Assembly (NCBI GenBank): GCA_964016885.1
Contig: OZ024742.1
Coordinates: forward strand, 346,394,001 to 346,458,000
DNA length: 64,000 nucleotides
Source of the DNA: Eledone cirrhosa
Taxonomy: Eukaryota
Direction of reading: 5' to 3'
The notes beneath the pieces were generated by a model. That model made no database searches, was not told the DNA's origin, and saw only the letters and a list, made by a program, of their open reading frames with translations. How positions within the stretch are numbered: the first letter of the stretch is position 1; each line of letters begins with the position of its first letter. Both the position numbers and the translations under genes were made by a program. Of this stretch, positions 40,090 to 53,227 are shown in pieces.

Positions 40090-42057
40090 CTATATTTCGA
40101 GCTGCAAAATCAAATAGGTTATTCGGCTCCCCACTCGAGAGCAGCCAACATATAGTTGACCATGGGAGAAGCACGGTTCTTCTAAATTAAGCCCTACGAC
40201 CGTCAGCGTCTGACCCTGTGATTTGTTAATCGACATGGCGAAACTGAGTCGGAGAGGGAATTGCAGCCTTCTGAATGTGAAAGGAATGTCTTTACCGGAT
40301 GGAATGGGAGGTACCCTTGGTATGAAGACAGTATCCCCCTTACCACATCCTGTAAGTATTGTTGCCTCAATAACATGAGGGATCGCCTTTTGGATGACCA
40401 GACGCATGCCGTTGGAAAGCCTTCGGGGTTCCAAATTTCTGAGGAGCATGACAGGGGCACCTTTCTTAAGTCGCAGTAAGTGTGGTGGCAATCCGGGAGG
40501 GTCTAGGGAGTTAAGAAATTCTGTAGGGTAATTAACAACTTCGCCTGGATCAGCCATAGAGTCAAGGGACTTGTAGACGAACAGGTTTCCAGGCAAGCAA
40601 AGCATGAGCTGTTCATTGATACTTCCAACCATGTGGTTTTTCGAAGCCAATATTGCGCGTTCACACAACCACTCTTGATTTGTGTAGTTCTCCTCAAGAT
40701 TAGGAAAAACAGACGTCCGTAACTCAGCAATTGACTTAACGCATCTGCAAATCCCTGTGAGGTCCGCTGTACCATCTCCGTCGAGTGGGACTTTGCCATC
40801 TCCCAACAACAAAATGGCAGCAGCAAAACCTGCTGATGTCTCATCACCTTGCAGTTGTGCTCTCATGTTTGTTGTAAGCGTCAGCTTTCTTACACAACGC
40901 CAAAGAGGGAAGGCCTTAAGGCATGCACCAACCTCATCAGCCCGCGTACCTTTTGGGATTACAGGCAGAGTCTGTCGGAAGTCCCCAGATAACAGGAAAG
41001 TGACACCTCCCATTGGTTCTTGACAGTCCCTGATGTCTCTGAGTGACCGGTCTAATGCCTCGAAAGCCGCCCTGTGGGCCATTGTGCATTCGTCCCAAAC
41101 AATTAGTAGGCAGCGCTTTAACACCAGCGCTTTTCCGGAAGTCTTGCTGATTTTGCATGTGGGTGTCTCAGATGATGCCACGTTGAGAGGAAGACTGGAG
41201 GCAGAATGGGCCGTCCTGCCACCAAGCAGCAAAGTTGCTGCAATGCCGGAAGAAGCCACGGCCAATGCGATGTTTCCGTGTTGCCTCACTTCAGCGAGTA
41301 AAAGTTTGATTACAAATGTTTTGCCCGTGCCTCCAGGTGCGTCCAGGAAGAATATACCCCCTCCCCGATTACGGATGGAATCAACGACAATGTTGTAGGC
41401 TTGTTTTTGATCCATTAGAAGTTTTGGTTCATTCTCTTCAAAATACCTTTTGAGTTCGTCGACATCATATGACGTTTCACGTATAATGTCGTTGGGAATG
41501 TCAGATGGCGCATCTCGAAGTGTTTGCGGAAGCCCATATTTCTCCAAGACATCTCCGCCCATTGAAGCCACTCTGTCTTCAATATCGATCAGAGCTTTGT
41601 TATATATAGCGTCTGAAAATCCGACATCTAAGTTTTGAGATTGCAATTGAGCGAGACGCCTATATTTGTCTGCAAAATCATCTTTAAACTTTTGCCATAA
41701 AGAGTAAGGATCGCTCAATTCACAGTCGTGCAGGAGGATAGCAAAAAGTGCTCTTAGACTACGGGATGATTGTGAGATGGCAGCTTCCGTCAAGGCTGCA
41801 TCCCATTGTGCGTCATCTTCTAAAAGTCCACGCCTCAAGCAGGCTTCCCTGTACGTTCCGCAGGTGTATCCATCGACGGTTCTCAGATGAGTGAAGCTAG
41901 TCGGCCCTCTTCCCTCGTGAAGCAGAAGTCGCAGGTAGAAGCATTCGTGTTGGGTAGGGTGGACCGTATAAACTCGCCCAAGGCAATTGTCGAATTTGAT
42001 GCCTGGATGTCCAACCACCTCTTGTCCTACCTTCCTTCGTAGCCATTTTGTCCGGTT
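40090..42057 (-). pseudogene. Helitron PIF1-family helicase domain
   Basis: DAPGGTGKT, ASSGIAA, WDECTM, GDFRQTLP, LTTNMR, AMSINKSQGQT, SHGQLYV..SRV. Confidence 0.92.
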
Positions 42058-42810
42058 CTATGTATAGTAAGACGGTACTTCAGAATACAGCAGAGTTCGA
42101 GCGAAGTCGTCGTGTTGACAAAGTTTGAAAAAAGCGGTGAGTGTAGTTTCCTTTGGTGAGATCGCTAGCTGAGCAGCTGTTGCAGCATGAAAATACACCC
42201 GTTGACCGTTTTCAAGTTGTTTAATGACGGGATGTCGTTGGTGCAGTGGGAAGCTAAAAACGCGCCAAAAGACGTCATTGCTGCTAATGTATCGGCCTGC
42301 TTGATAGTCAGATACCTCGTCTCTACTGTTTTCATGACGAAGACCAAAGACGGCAGCATCCGATCCCTTGTTTACGTACTTATAAACGTATTTAATTGAT
42401 TTTACTGAGTTGCAAAATTCGACGCTTATATGGGCGCTGAACGCTTTCATAAGGAGGGGGAAATATGGCACTATCCAGCTGTTGTCGATTTCGCGTTCAC
42501 CAACTTTTGCTGTGAACCCACCGTCTTCAGGTCTCCTGCGCCTATACAACGGATATCCGTCACCGCCAATCTGTGTTTCCTGTAAAAACAGCCTGGGATA
42601 TCGTTTTGTACACTTTCCGTCGTGTATGCACGAGGACTTCATATTGAGTCCATGTCCGCAAGGACCATGGACCATGTTTGATGTGACTACAGAGAAGAGG
42701 TCCTTGTCAATCGACAGATCAGGTAGTTCGGCAGAAATGAATTTGTCGATGTAGTTTGAACTGATTTTTGTAACCAACCAAATCAAGATATGGGCATGCG
42801 GCAGCCCTCG
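42058..42810 (-). pseudogene. Helitron Rep (HUH endonuclease) C-terminal part
   Basis: RGLPHAHILIWL, MVHGPCG, GYPLYRRR, DNSWIVPY, KYVYKYVNKG. Confidence 0.9.
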
Positions 42811-43156
42811 ATGATCGCCGCTGTTCACTTTGCAGAAGTCGGCCGCGTCGTTGCTCTATGGTTTCAGTATTTCGTGCAGCAGCAGTGGAAGTGGCGTCCC
42901 TGCTTCGTCGAACGGTGCGTCGTACTTCATCCTCTCGTGTGGAAGCAGCAGCAGTCGCGGCAGCACTTTTGTTCCGTCGAAGTTCACGCTGACTGTCATC
43001 CTCCTCCGCTCTTGCAGCTGCCGTCTCCACAGCATTCTGTGAGAGCCTGATCGCAGTTGCATTTACATCTTCGGTGGTGAGACGCCTTCGCTTAGACCTA
43101 TTTGCATCATTAGATAATCGACCAATGAGATTTCTTTGCTGGGGGGGGGGGGGCAT
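42811..43156 (-). pseudogene. Helitron RepHel N-terminal Arg/Glu-rich repeat region, fused to Rep by deletion
   Basis: MPPP..RRRLT...ETIEQRRGRL-type repeats upstream of Rep in the same orientation. Confidence 0.6.
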
Positions 43157-43442
43157 TGTTTTTAGAAAATTAACCAGGGAGAACGATAAATAGTGGACAA
43201 ATAACGTTTAAGTAAGCAAAAAAGCACAGATATAAATTGTGAAAAAATGTGATAAATCTATGTGGTCTGAGAAAGTGGGTATGTTTTGCAAGATTTTATG
43301 TACCAGTCAAATTTCAGGTTTTAAGTTAGGGGCAACGCAAAGTAAGTACTAACTATTGAAAGGATACAGGCAAAAATGGCCGAAAAATCACAGCATGATA
43401 AACTGGAACCTTATGTCCATAAACACATTAACTAAACCTCCT

Positions 43443-43875
43443 TTAACCCTTTAGTGTTCAAACCGGCCGAAATTATTTCCCCTTCATTTGTTCAAACCGC
43501 CCAAAACCGCCATAACACTCACTTATATATCGTTCTAAAAATAAACAATACCGTCATCAAAATCTCATCAATTCAAGATTACTGCGAGATTAGGTCCTTA
43601 CCGCGAAAATTAACACTTAATATAGTGAAACAACTTAAAACAACACGTGTTTTTTTAACGTTGAAAGTAGAACAGATTTTTTGTTTGTATCAACATGGCT
43701 AATGAAAGTAGCGATACCGACTTTGAAGGTTTTACACACGATGACATTCAAAATGAACAAGAAACAAAAGATAATATTAGTGATTTATCTTCAAATGAAT
43801 CAGATGTTTACATTTCTGAAATTTCATCCGACGATGATTGTTGTTTTGAAAGTGAAAACGAAGATCGAACGTAAA
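43443..43875 (+). mobile_element. piggyBac-like 5' fragment inside the Helitron
   Basis: TTAA-CCCTTT terminus, followed by an acidic N-terminus MANESSDTDFEGF...SDDD. Confidence 0.5.
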
Positions 43876-44120
43876 TTTCAAAAGTTATCAGGTACTAATA
43901 CAGTGTTAATGTGAACTTCAATAGATAAGTCGAAGGGAGAGGCTTAAGGGGGCTACCTGCCACTGGGGGCCCCCACAATTGATGTACGGAAAAATAAAAT
44001 ATCCTACGACGCGTAATAGGACTTCAGAAACCTATGTATGAAATTAGGTGCAAATCGGTTGTAAAATGTAGAAATGCATGCAGTTACACAAACAGACATC
44101 TTCTGTTTTATATATATAGA

Positions 44121-45054
44121 CTAGCAGAAAACCACCCGGTGGGCGGTTTTCTGCTAGCAAATCTAGTGTATATACTGCTATTGTTGAGATTTGGATGAGA
44201 AATGTTTTCGGCACCACATGTTCACCGTCTCTCGGTGTGTCTTTTATGCATGTATAAATATATATGTTATCTATACGGTGAAATCTTTGAAATAAATATA
44301 TGTTAAAACGAAAAGGAGAAAATAAATAACTGGCGGTTAGAAAAAAATATTCCTATGAAATTTTAATCATTAGGTGTGAATAAGGAAATATTTTTTTATT
44401 GTCAAAACAAATGTTCAAAAGTTAAACTTCAATCTTTTGAATTATTTCCAATTTTTTCATGAAATTGAACACTGGACATTGGCTGCTGGAAATGGAAATT
44501 AAATCGTATTTAATTGTATTTAAATTTCTAACCTTATTTTATTATTTATATGTTTTCAATAAGAAATTAAAAAAAAACAACAACAAAAATTGAAGAAAAA
44601 AATTGAACAAATCAAACGTAGGTTATGGAACTGCGCAATCTGATTAATAAATTACCTCATCAGCAGCAACCTTCTTCAAATGGTCCTTATTATCAGCAGC
44701 AACAACCACAAATTCAATGGCAACCTTCTTCAAACTACAAATTCAATGGCAACCTTCTTCGCATGGTGTCAAGTCAGAACCGCCTCGAACTGGTTACTTC
44801 TGGCTTGTGCAAGGTGTCTCTATAGCAACCAGCGATTCCCTCGGCCTCAGTGACCAAAGTCAGTGGAGAGGGGAAGGTAATATTTCTGTAGCACGTGTTT
44901 TAGCGTCTATTCACTCTCTCTCTCTCCCTCTCTCCCTCCCGCTATCCCCCTCTCGTAGTCTGTCTCTTTCTTTCACTCTCACCCTCTCTCTACGCACGTG
45001 TTTCCACTGTCGGACAGACAGACAGAGAAATTGCTGGTTATATATATAAGTAGA
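44121..45054 (-). mobile_element. Non-autonomous Helitron, copy 1
   Basis: A|TCTACTTATATATATAA start; terminal hairpin + CTAG; inverse of 45241-46204. Confidence 0.8.
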
Positions 45055-45062
45055 TATCATAT

Positions 45063-45235
45063 TGGATTGGCAGTATCAGTAGAGGCTCGGACGCCATGCT
45101 TTGACGCAAAGTGCCATTCTGAGTTCAAATCCCGTCGAGGTCAACTTTGCCTTTCATCCTTACAGGGTCGATAAAATAGAGTACCAGTAATACACTGGGT
45201 AATTGCTGGCCTTGTGCCAAAAGTAGAAACAATTA
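45063..45235 (+). mobile_element. OR1-like SINE at the centre of the Helitron palindrome
   Basis: Matches the other copies. Confidence 0.85.
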
Positions 45236-45240
45236 TATTA

Positions 45241-46204
45241 TCTACTTATATATATAACCAGCAATTTCTCTGTCTGTCTGTCCGACAGTGGAAACACGTG
45301 CGTAGAGAGAGAGTGAGAGTGAAAGAAAGAGACAGACTACGAGAGGGGGATAGCGGGAGGGAGAGAGGGAGAGAGAGAGAGAGTGAATAGACGCTTAAAC
45401 ACGTGCTACAGAAATATTACCTTCCCCTCTCCACTGACTTTGGTCACTGAGGCCGAGGGAATCGCTGGTTGCTATAGAGACACCTTGCACAAGCCAGAAG
45501 TAACCAGTTTGAGGCGGTTCTGACTTGACACCATGCGAAGAAGGTTGCCATTGAATTTTGGTTGTTGCTGCTGATAATAAGGACCATTTGAAGAAGGTTG
45601 CCATTGAATTTGTGGTTGTTGCTGCTGATAATAAGGACCATTTGAAGAAGGTTGCTGATGATGAGGTAATTTATTAATCAGATTGTGCAGTTCCATAACC
45701 TACGTTTGATTTGTTCAATTTTTTTCTTCAATTTTTTTTGTTGTTTTTTTTATTTCTTATTGAAAAAATATAAATAATAAAATAAGGTTAGAAATTTAAA
45801 TACAATTAAATACGATTTAATTTCCATTTCCAGCAGCCAATGTCCAGTGTTCAATTTCATGAAAAAATTGGAAATAATTCAAAAGATTGAAGTTTAACTT
45901 TTGAACATTTGTTTTGACAATAAAAAAATATTTCCTTATTCACACCTAATGGTATGATTAAAATTTCATAGGAATATTTTTTTCTAACCGCCAGTTATTT
46001 ATTTTCTCCTTTTTCGTTTTAACATATATTTATTTCAAAGATTTCACCGTATAGATAACATATATATTTATACATGCATAAAAGACACACCGAGAGACGG
46101 TGAACATGTGGTGCCGAAAACATTTCTCATCCAAATCTCAACAATATCAGTATATACACTAGATTTGCTAGCAGAAAACCGCCCACCGGGTGGTTTTCTG
46201 CTAG
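45241..46204 (+). mobile_element. Non-autonomous Helitron, copy 2
   Basis: A|TC start; CTAGCAGAAAACCGCC..GGTGGTTTTCTGCTAG end. Confidence 0.8.
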
Positions 46205-46796
46205 TCTATATATATAAAACTGAGGATGTCTGTCTGTGTGTGTGTGAGTTGGAAGCCCTAAAACTAGAGAAGCACCCAACCGACTGTTTTCAAACTTTGC
46301 ACATGTAATACTTTTGTTTCAGGGAGTGTTCTGAGCAAAGAATATTTCAAATTTTCAATGCCCTAGGGACCGCATTAGGCGATTTAGCGATCTCTCTCTA
46401 TAATTCTTAGTCTTTCTCTTTTTAGATAAATACATACATATAACGTCGCGCCCTTATAATATCTGTCTGTATGTCTGGCTGTCTGCATTACGTCACTTCC
46501 TACAATTCGCTCTGCGTCCAGAACGCGCCCTTATAATATCTGTCTGTATGTCTGGCTGTCTGCTGCCTCCGGTTATTCTGCCATCCTTGCTCAAGACAAA
46601 TCTCACCCTCATTCCCCAAACAGTTGGTAAGTGCACACAACTTCTTCCTCACGTTTTAAGTCACAGTGTTGTTTACTTACGTACCACCAGACCCTTACTT
46701 ATTTTCCAGCCGTGGTTGTGGCAATACTAAGCTTAGCTAAGGCGGTTATATATTTCACAATACCTTATACCGTGCAATCCCGAGTACCACTGCTAG
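46205..46796 (+). mobile_element. Short non-autonomous Helitron
   Basis: TCTATATATATAAAACTGAGGATGTCTGTCTG start; ...GTACCACTGCTAG|T end; internal 46405-46492 also present at ~70-156. Confidence 0.75.
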
Positions 46797-46807
46797 TATT
46801 ATATATA

Positions 46808-47316
46808 AGGGCGGTGGATTGGCAGTATCGGTAGAGGGTCGGACGCCATGCTTTGCAACATAGAGTTACGGCCCTTGTCATTCTGAGTTCAAATCCCGCC
46901 GAGGTTAACTTTGCCTTTCATCCTTACGGGGTCGATAAAATAAAGTACCAGTAATACTGGGTAATTGCTGGCCTTGTGCCTAAAGTAGAAACAATTATAT
47001 TATATTATATTATATTATATTATATCATATTATATTATATCATATTATATTATATTATATTACAACTATATTATATCATATTATACTATATTATATCATA
47101 TTATACTATATTATACTATATTATACTATGTTATACTATATTCATCGGTAGAGGGTCGGACGCCATGCTTTGTCGCATAGAGTTACGGCCCTTTCTATTC
47201 TGAGTTCAAATCCCGCCGAGGTCAACTTTGCCTTTCATCCTTACGGGGTCGATAAAATAAAGTACCAGTAATGTACTGGGTTATTGCTGGCCTTGTGCCA
47301 AAAGTAGAAACAATTA
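46808..47316 (+). mobile_element. Two tandem OR1-like SINEs separated by (ATATT)n
   Basis: Copies at 46808-46997 and 47144-47316. Confidence 0.85.
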
Positions 47317-47711
47317 TACTATATTATACTATATTTTTACTATTATTACTATTACTATTATTTCCCTCCATGTCGGCCCTTGTGGCTAATAAATGAAATC
47401 ATTACTATTATTATTATTTCCATTATTGTTATTGTAATTATTTATGTCAGTCAAGAAATTCATAGTCTTTCGATCGCTCGGTTCGTTCGTTTGTTTGTGT
47501 GGGTGGGTGGGTGCTTGCGTGTGCCTGTGTGTGGGTGTGTGTCACGGTGTATGTGTGTGTGTGTATGCATGTGTGTGTGTGTCTGTTTGTATTATGTTTT
47601 GTTCCATTAAATAAATGAATGCAGCCTCTATATATTGATCAACATGCCACACGTGCATAGCAAGATAACGGAATAAGGCAACCCTGGCTAAGTGTATTGT
47701 GTGTGTACAGC

Positions 47712-47826
<115 letters not shown>

Positions 47827-47864
47827 GTATGTATATATATACATATGTGTGTGTGTGTGTGTAC

Positions 47865-47957
<93 letters not shown>

Positions 47958-47981
47958 CATATATATATATATATATATATT

Positions 47982-48047
<66 letters not shown>

Positions 48048-48090
48048 ATGTATGTGTGCATGTGAGTGAGTATACCTATATAGATATGCT

Positions 48091-48145
<55 letters not shown>

Positions 48146-48160
48146 TATGTATTTGTGCAT

Positions 48161-48201
<41 letters not shown>

Positions 48202-48206
<5 letters not shown>

Positions 48207-48418
48207 ACACATATATAAACGCACACACATATATACAAACGCACACATATAAACACACACATATAAACACACACATATATACACACACATATATACACAC
48301 ATATGTTTTGAGATAGATCTCACTCAGTTAAAAAGGATCTACTTTAGATATAAGAAAATATATAAACAAACATTTTCCTTACACACTCACTCAACCACAC
48401 ACACACACACACACACAC

Positions 48419-48501
<83 letters not shown>

Positions 48502-48580
48502 TATACACATATATACACACATACACTTACAAATATGTGCATATCTATATATGTATGCAGATAAGCACATATTTGTATGT

Positions 48581-48611
<31 letters not shown>

Positions 48612-48820
48612 CATGTGTGTGTGTGTGTGGTTGAGTGAGTGTGTAAGGAAAATGTTTGTTTATATATTTTCTTATATCTAAAGTAGATCCTTTTTAACTG
48701 AGTGAGATCTATCTCAAAACATATGTGTGTATATATGTGTGTGTATATATGTGTGTGTTTATATGTGTGCGTTTATATATATCTCTGTGTATATGTGTGT
48801 GCGTTTATATGTGTGGATAT
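48202..48820. repeat. Inverted repeat in microsatellite-rich DNA (48202-48430 / 48600-48820)
   Basis: Unique ~95-bp core 48301-48396 is perfectly mirrored at 48629-48725. Confidence 0.85.
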
Positions 48821-49139
48821 ATATATATATAGTGTGTGTGTGTATGTGTATGATTACATATGTGTGTGTTCATGTGCGTGTGTGTGTGTGTGTATATACA
48901 TATATGTGTGTATGTATATATGTGCGTGTATATATGTGTGTATATAATATATGTGTGTGTGCTGGGGGTGCGTGTTTATATATATATGCGTGTGTGTAGG
49001 TGTGTGTGTATGGTGTATGTATATATATGTGTGTGTGTGTGTGTGTAAGTAATGTTATGTATTGAACATTTAAATTGAATACAAATTCCATGATCTCAGT
49101 GTAGGAAAAAATGTTTATGTATATATAGGAATATAAATA

Positions 49140-49372
49140 TGTGAGAGAGAGAGGGGGGAGAAGGGGAGTGAGTATGTGTGTGAGAGAGAGGGGGAGAAGG
49201 GGAGTGAGTATGTGTGTGAGAGAGAGAGGGGTTGAAGGGGAGTGAGTATGTGTGTGTGAGAGAGAGGAGGAGAAGGGGAGTGAGTATGTGTGTGAGAGAG
49301 AAGGGGGTGAGAAGGGGAGTGAACATGTGTGTGAGAGAGAGGGATAGAAGGAGAGAAGGGGAGTGAGTATGT
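49140..49372 (+). repeat. ~34-bp GA/GT-rich minisatellite
   Basis: AGAAGGGGAGTGAGTATGTGTGTGAGAGAG units. Confidence 0.8.
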
Positions 49373-49403
49373 GTATGTTTGTGTGTGTGGCTATATATAT
49401 AGC

Positions 49404-49488
<85 letters not shown>

Positions 49489-49800
49489 GTATGTATACAC
49501 CTTGAATATATGTATGTGCCTGTGTGAGTGCATATACCTTCTTTATTCTTAAATGTGCCTTCATATTATTTCATTAAACAATAGATGTATATACATGTAT
49601 ATATCTACACACACACACACACGCGCGCATACACACATGCATTAATTTATACACATACACACACACACACACATATATATGTGTGTCAAAAGTAAACAAT
49701 ATATGTATATATGTATATATACATATACATATATATATATGTGTATATATATATATATAAATGTAAGTATATATATATAAATGTATAGATGTATATATAT

Positions 49801-49854
<54 letters not shown>

Positions 49855-50067
49855 CGTACTCAATAGATATGTGGAAATATGGAAAATCGTGTTAAATCTG
49901 ATGAGAAAATAAATATGCAGTGAAAAAAAGCTGATATGATTCAGCAACAATATTCTCCTCATTTTAAAAACAAGTACAATAAGTTCAGATTTAAATCCTA
50001 TTTTTTGGAGGTTATTCTGACCTCCTGAACGATGCACTAAACATTTTCATCGGGGCTTGCTAAACTC

Positions 50068-50345
50068 TGCCCTTTGGTTGTCTGGTGTGCCCCGAGATGC
50101 TGAAAACTGTTTTGTCCTTTGGTTGTCTGGTGTGCCCCGAAATGCTGAATGTGCCCTTTGGTTGTCTGATGTGCCCCGACATGTTAAATACTATTGTGCC
50201 CTTTGGTTGTCTGGTATGCCACGAGATGTTGAATACTATAGTGCCCTTTGATTGTCTGATGTGCCCTTTGGTTGTCTGATGTGTCCTTTGGTTGTCTGGT
50301 GTGTCCTTTGGTTGTCTGGTGTGCCCCGAGATGTTAAATACTATT
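50068..50345 (+). repeat. Minisatellite with core CCTTTGGTTGTCTGRTGTG (20-45 bp units)
   Basis: About 9 copies of the core. Confidence 0.85.
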
Positions 50346-50541
50346 AGATCATTAAGTAGGAAATGTCTGATTTCCTTAATCACTAAGTTTGAGAGTCGCT
50401 ATCTCTAACATTTCACCTCAAGAGTTCTTGGCTTGGATTTATTGAGTAGGTACATCATCAGTGTTTCAAATGTACGTTTTGTTTTGTGATTGTCTTTTGA
50501 ATTGTTTGTTCCAGATCAATTTTTGTGATCCCAAGGATATA

Positions 50542-50753
50542 TCAAAAATGTGTGGGGTGGGGGGGTTTAATGAGTTTCGTTGTGGAACCAATCATCACAG
50601 ACAGCTCGAAACATGAATTAGGTTTTGGCAAGTATGTGGCTGATGAAGGCACAGTACATTGAGGGCTCGAGATGTTCCTTTCAGGTGACTTTAATCTTGA
50701 AAATAATCCATGCGGGAGAGCTGTGTCCAAGGTGGGTAATGATGAGCTAAAAC
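50542..50753 (-). CDS. Possible terminal coding exon of an unknown host gene
   Basis: Non-repetitive; acceptor-like TCTGTTTCCATTACAG| upstream, ~70 open codons to TGA, AATAAA ~100 nt downstream; no recognisable homology. Confidence 0.25.
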
Positions 50754-51047
50754 CTGTAATGGAAACAGATATATCTTTGTGGATTACATGACTGTTTAAA
50801 ATATACGGAAATAAGTTACATCTTAATGAATAATATAATACTGCGTATTACATTGATATGTATGTAGTTTCTTTGGTAAACTTGTACAATATTATCCATA
50901 AATATCTCATGTATGGATGGAACCATAAATATTCATGGAGTTGTAGGGATGCTGTCGTAACGGGGCCCAAGTTGTTGAACTCCACGCGATGGGCCCTGGA
51001 CACTGATCACTGATTTTTGTTCTTGGGACAGCAACAGTCTCATATAC

Positions 51048-51163
51048 AAGAAGAAGAAGAAGAAGAAGAAGGAGGAGGAGGAGGAGGAGGAGGAGAAGAA
51101 GAAGAAGAAGAAGAAGAAGAAGAAGAAGAAGAAGAAGAAGAAGAAGAAGAAGAAGAAGAAGAA
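51048..51163 (+). repeat. (GAA)n/(GGA)n microsatellite
   Basis: Direct inspection. Confidence 0.95.
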
Positions 51164-51408
51164 AAAAAGCGAGTGAGAGAGAAATGAGAAAGCGACATCG
51201 GGGAAAAACCGGTGCCAGACTGGTATTTGTTGTACCAAAGTAGTGCCAGTATAAAATGTAAAGTTGACCTCCCCGAGATTTGAATTCAGTTCGCAGAGAG
51301 AGGAAAAAAGTACGCAACGCATTCAATCTGACGCTGTAAAAGACTCGGCATATATATATATATATGCCGGTGAATGTGTGTTTATGCACAGATGCTCCGT
51401 GTTATACG

Positions 51409-51445
<37 letters not shown>

Positions 51446-51571
51446 GATATTAAACAAATGGAAACTATATTTATAAAACCATATTTATTTCATTATATAT
51501 ATTTCAAGGATACCAAGTTACATTATGGTAAGCCTTCATCAGACAAAATACAATATATAACAGTTTTATAT

Positions 51572-51631
<60 letters not shown>

Positions 51632-52110
51632 ATTTACATCGTCAAATTGAGATTTGACCGACTTAACTTCTGTTGCTTTGCGAACTAACTTTTCGGTGAT
51701 TGCTGTGTTGGTACATTCTTATATGTGCTTTTTCTCGGATATCGCTTCGGTGTGTGTTGGAGTGTGTGTGTACCCACCCACGCTAATTCTGCGGGTTTAA
51801 TACTGTGTTGATGTGTGTATATATATGTATTTATTTTTATTTTTATTTGACCTCGAGCTGATGTATGCGGGTGTGGAGTGTATGTGTACCCACTCACTTC
51901 TAACTGTGACTGACTGTATCCCTACGGATTTGTTTGATGTCCAGCGTCTACTGCAGCGATAGAAGTCTGAAAACTGTTATGACCTCAACTAAAGCTAATA
52001 GCAGTCGCCTTGTCTCTGACTGACTGGTGTGTCTTCATATGAGGGAATGAATTATGTGAGGAAACATCGTTTTTTCTCCCTCATATCAAAAATTTGAAGA
52101 CAATTCATTT

Positions 52111-52185
52111 TCACCTGATGAGATCAATGATAGTCGATCATGGCTTCAAAAATCGATCTATCTCTTATTGAAACATGTGTCGTGA
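52111..52185 (+). ncRNA. Type I hammerhead motif with extended stem II
   Basis: TCAC-CTGATGA-...-GAAAC-ATGT-GTC-GTGA; ~45 nt upstream of (TA)n. Confidence 0.68.
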
Positions 52186-52226
52186 TTAAATGATTGGAAT
52201 TTTACCTTGCCTTCCGATTTTCATTT

Positions 52227-52278
<52 letters not shown>

Positions 52279-52282
52279 CATA

Positions 52283-52320
<38 letters not shown>

Positions 52321-53043
52321 GTATATATGTGTAGACAATATTTTGTCTAGAAGCAGACAAATCTTATGTAATCCTTTCATTAATTTATTTTATTGATTTC
52401 TTGTCTGAGGCAAATAACATTCGATTATATTGATTCCCAATTAATAAATATTACTGATATAGCAAATAGGATATTTAAACAATTGTTATCAGCAACTATT
52501 TACAGCCTTATCATTTGTATTCAGAATTTTTAAGTTCAATAAATCTTTCTAAATACCTGTACTCAAGTATAACATGACTCTTTCGCCTTAATTTTAGTTC
52601 AAATGTTCTCGTGTCATACGCTGACTAGGAGCACCTCGAAAGAACAAGATTTCAAATATAAAGAATAGAAACTGAAATTCCTAAGTTCATATAAGTTCAT
52701 ATACAACAAAGTAGAAAACAACGAAACTAACAATGAAAATGTTGCCAACAAAACACCGAGTATTTCTAGTGGACAACTTGGTTCTATTTATTGACTAAAA
52801 AGGACGTACAAATAATTTATTGGTTATTTTAATTATCGATATTTCTACTTTAGAAGAAGAAAGGTTCCATAACTCCTGATGGAGTCGTAAGGGCGCCATA
52901 TTGACATATGGCGTTTCTGGGGCATTTGTAAACCTGGCGGCGTCCATCTCCTCTCCAGGTCTGATTACAGCAGATTTCTTCCAGGTAATAATAGAGAGTG
53001 AGAGAAAGGAAGTAAGATAAAGACATAGAGGAAGAATAAACAT

Positions 53044-53187
53044 CAGTACTAGACTGGTACTTTTTTATCGAGCACGAAAGGGTGAAAGACAAAGTTGACC
53101 TAAGCGGGATTTGAACTGAGAGAGTGGAAACGAATATTGCAAAGTATTCTGTCCGACATTCTAACGACTCAGCCAATTCACCGCCTT
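53044..53187 (-). mobile_element. Older OR1-like SINE
   Basis: Diverged reverse-complement copy. Confidence 0.65.
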
Positions 53188-53227
53188 ATTTCTAGGTTAT
53201 GCTATGTTAATATGGATAAATATCTAT

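Larger units (their letters stand above)
39384..44120 (-). mobile_element. Helitron with both termini and an internally deleted RepHel gene
   Basis: 5' TCTATATATATAAAA at 44120; 3' CCGG hairpin + CTAG|T at 39384; Rep and PIF1 helicase coding remnants. Confidence 0.9.

Noticed and set aside
44625-45696. Gln-rich ORFs (QQQPSSNGPYYQQQQP)
   Set aside because: Short internal tandem repeats inside non-autonomous Helitrons; frame not conserved between the two copies
44121-46204. Single foldback DNA transposon with ~950-bp TIRs
   Set aside because: Each arm has its own Helitron A|TC start and CTAG end, and no TSD is seen
50068-50345. CRISPR-like repeat-spacer appearance
   Set aside because: Spacers are related to each other or absent, the context is eukaryotic and there are no cas genes; it is a minisatellite
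52047-52100. SECIS-like ATGA-N11-AAA...TGA hairpin
   Set aside because: Helix II spacing is poor and there is no linked UGA-containing ORF
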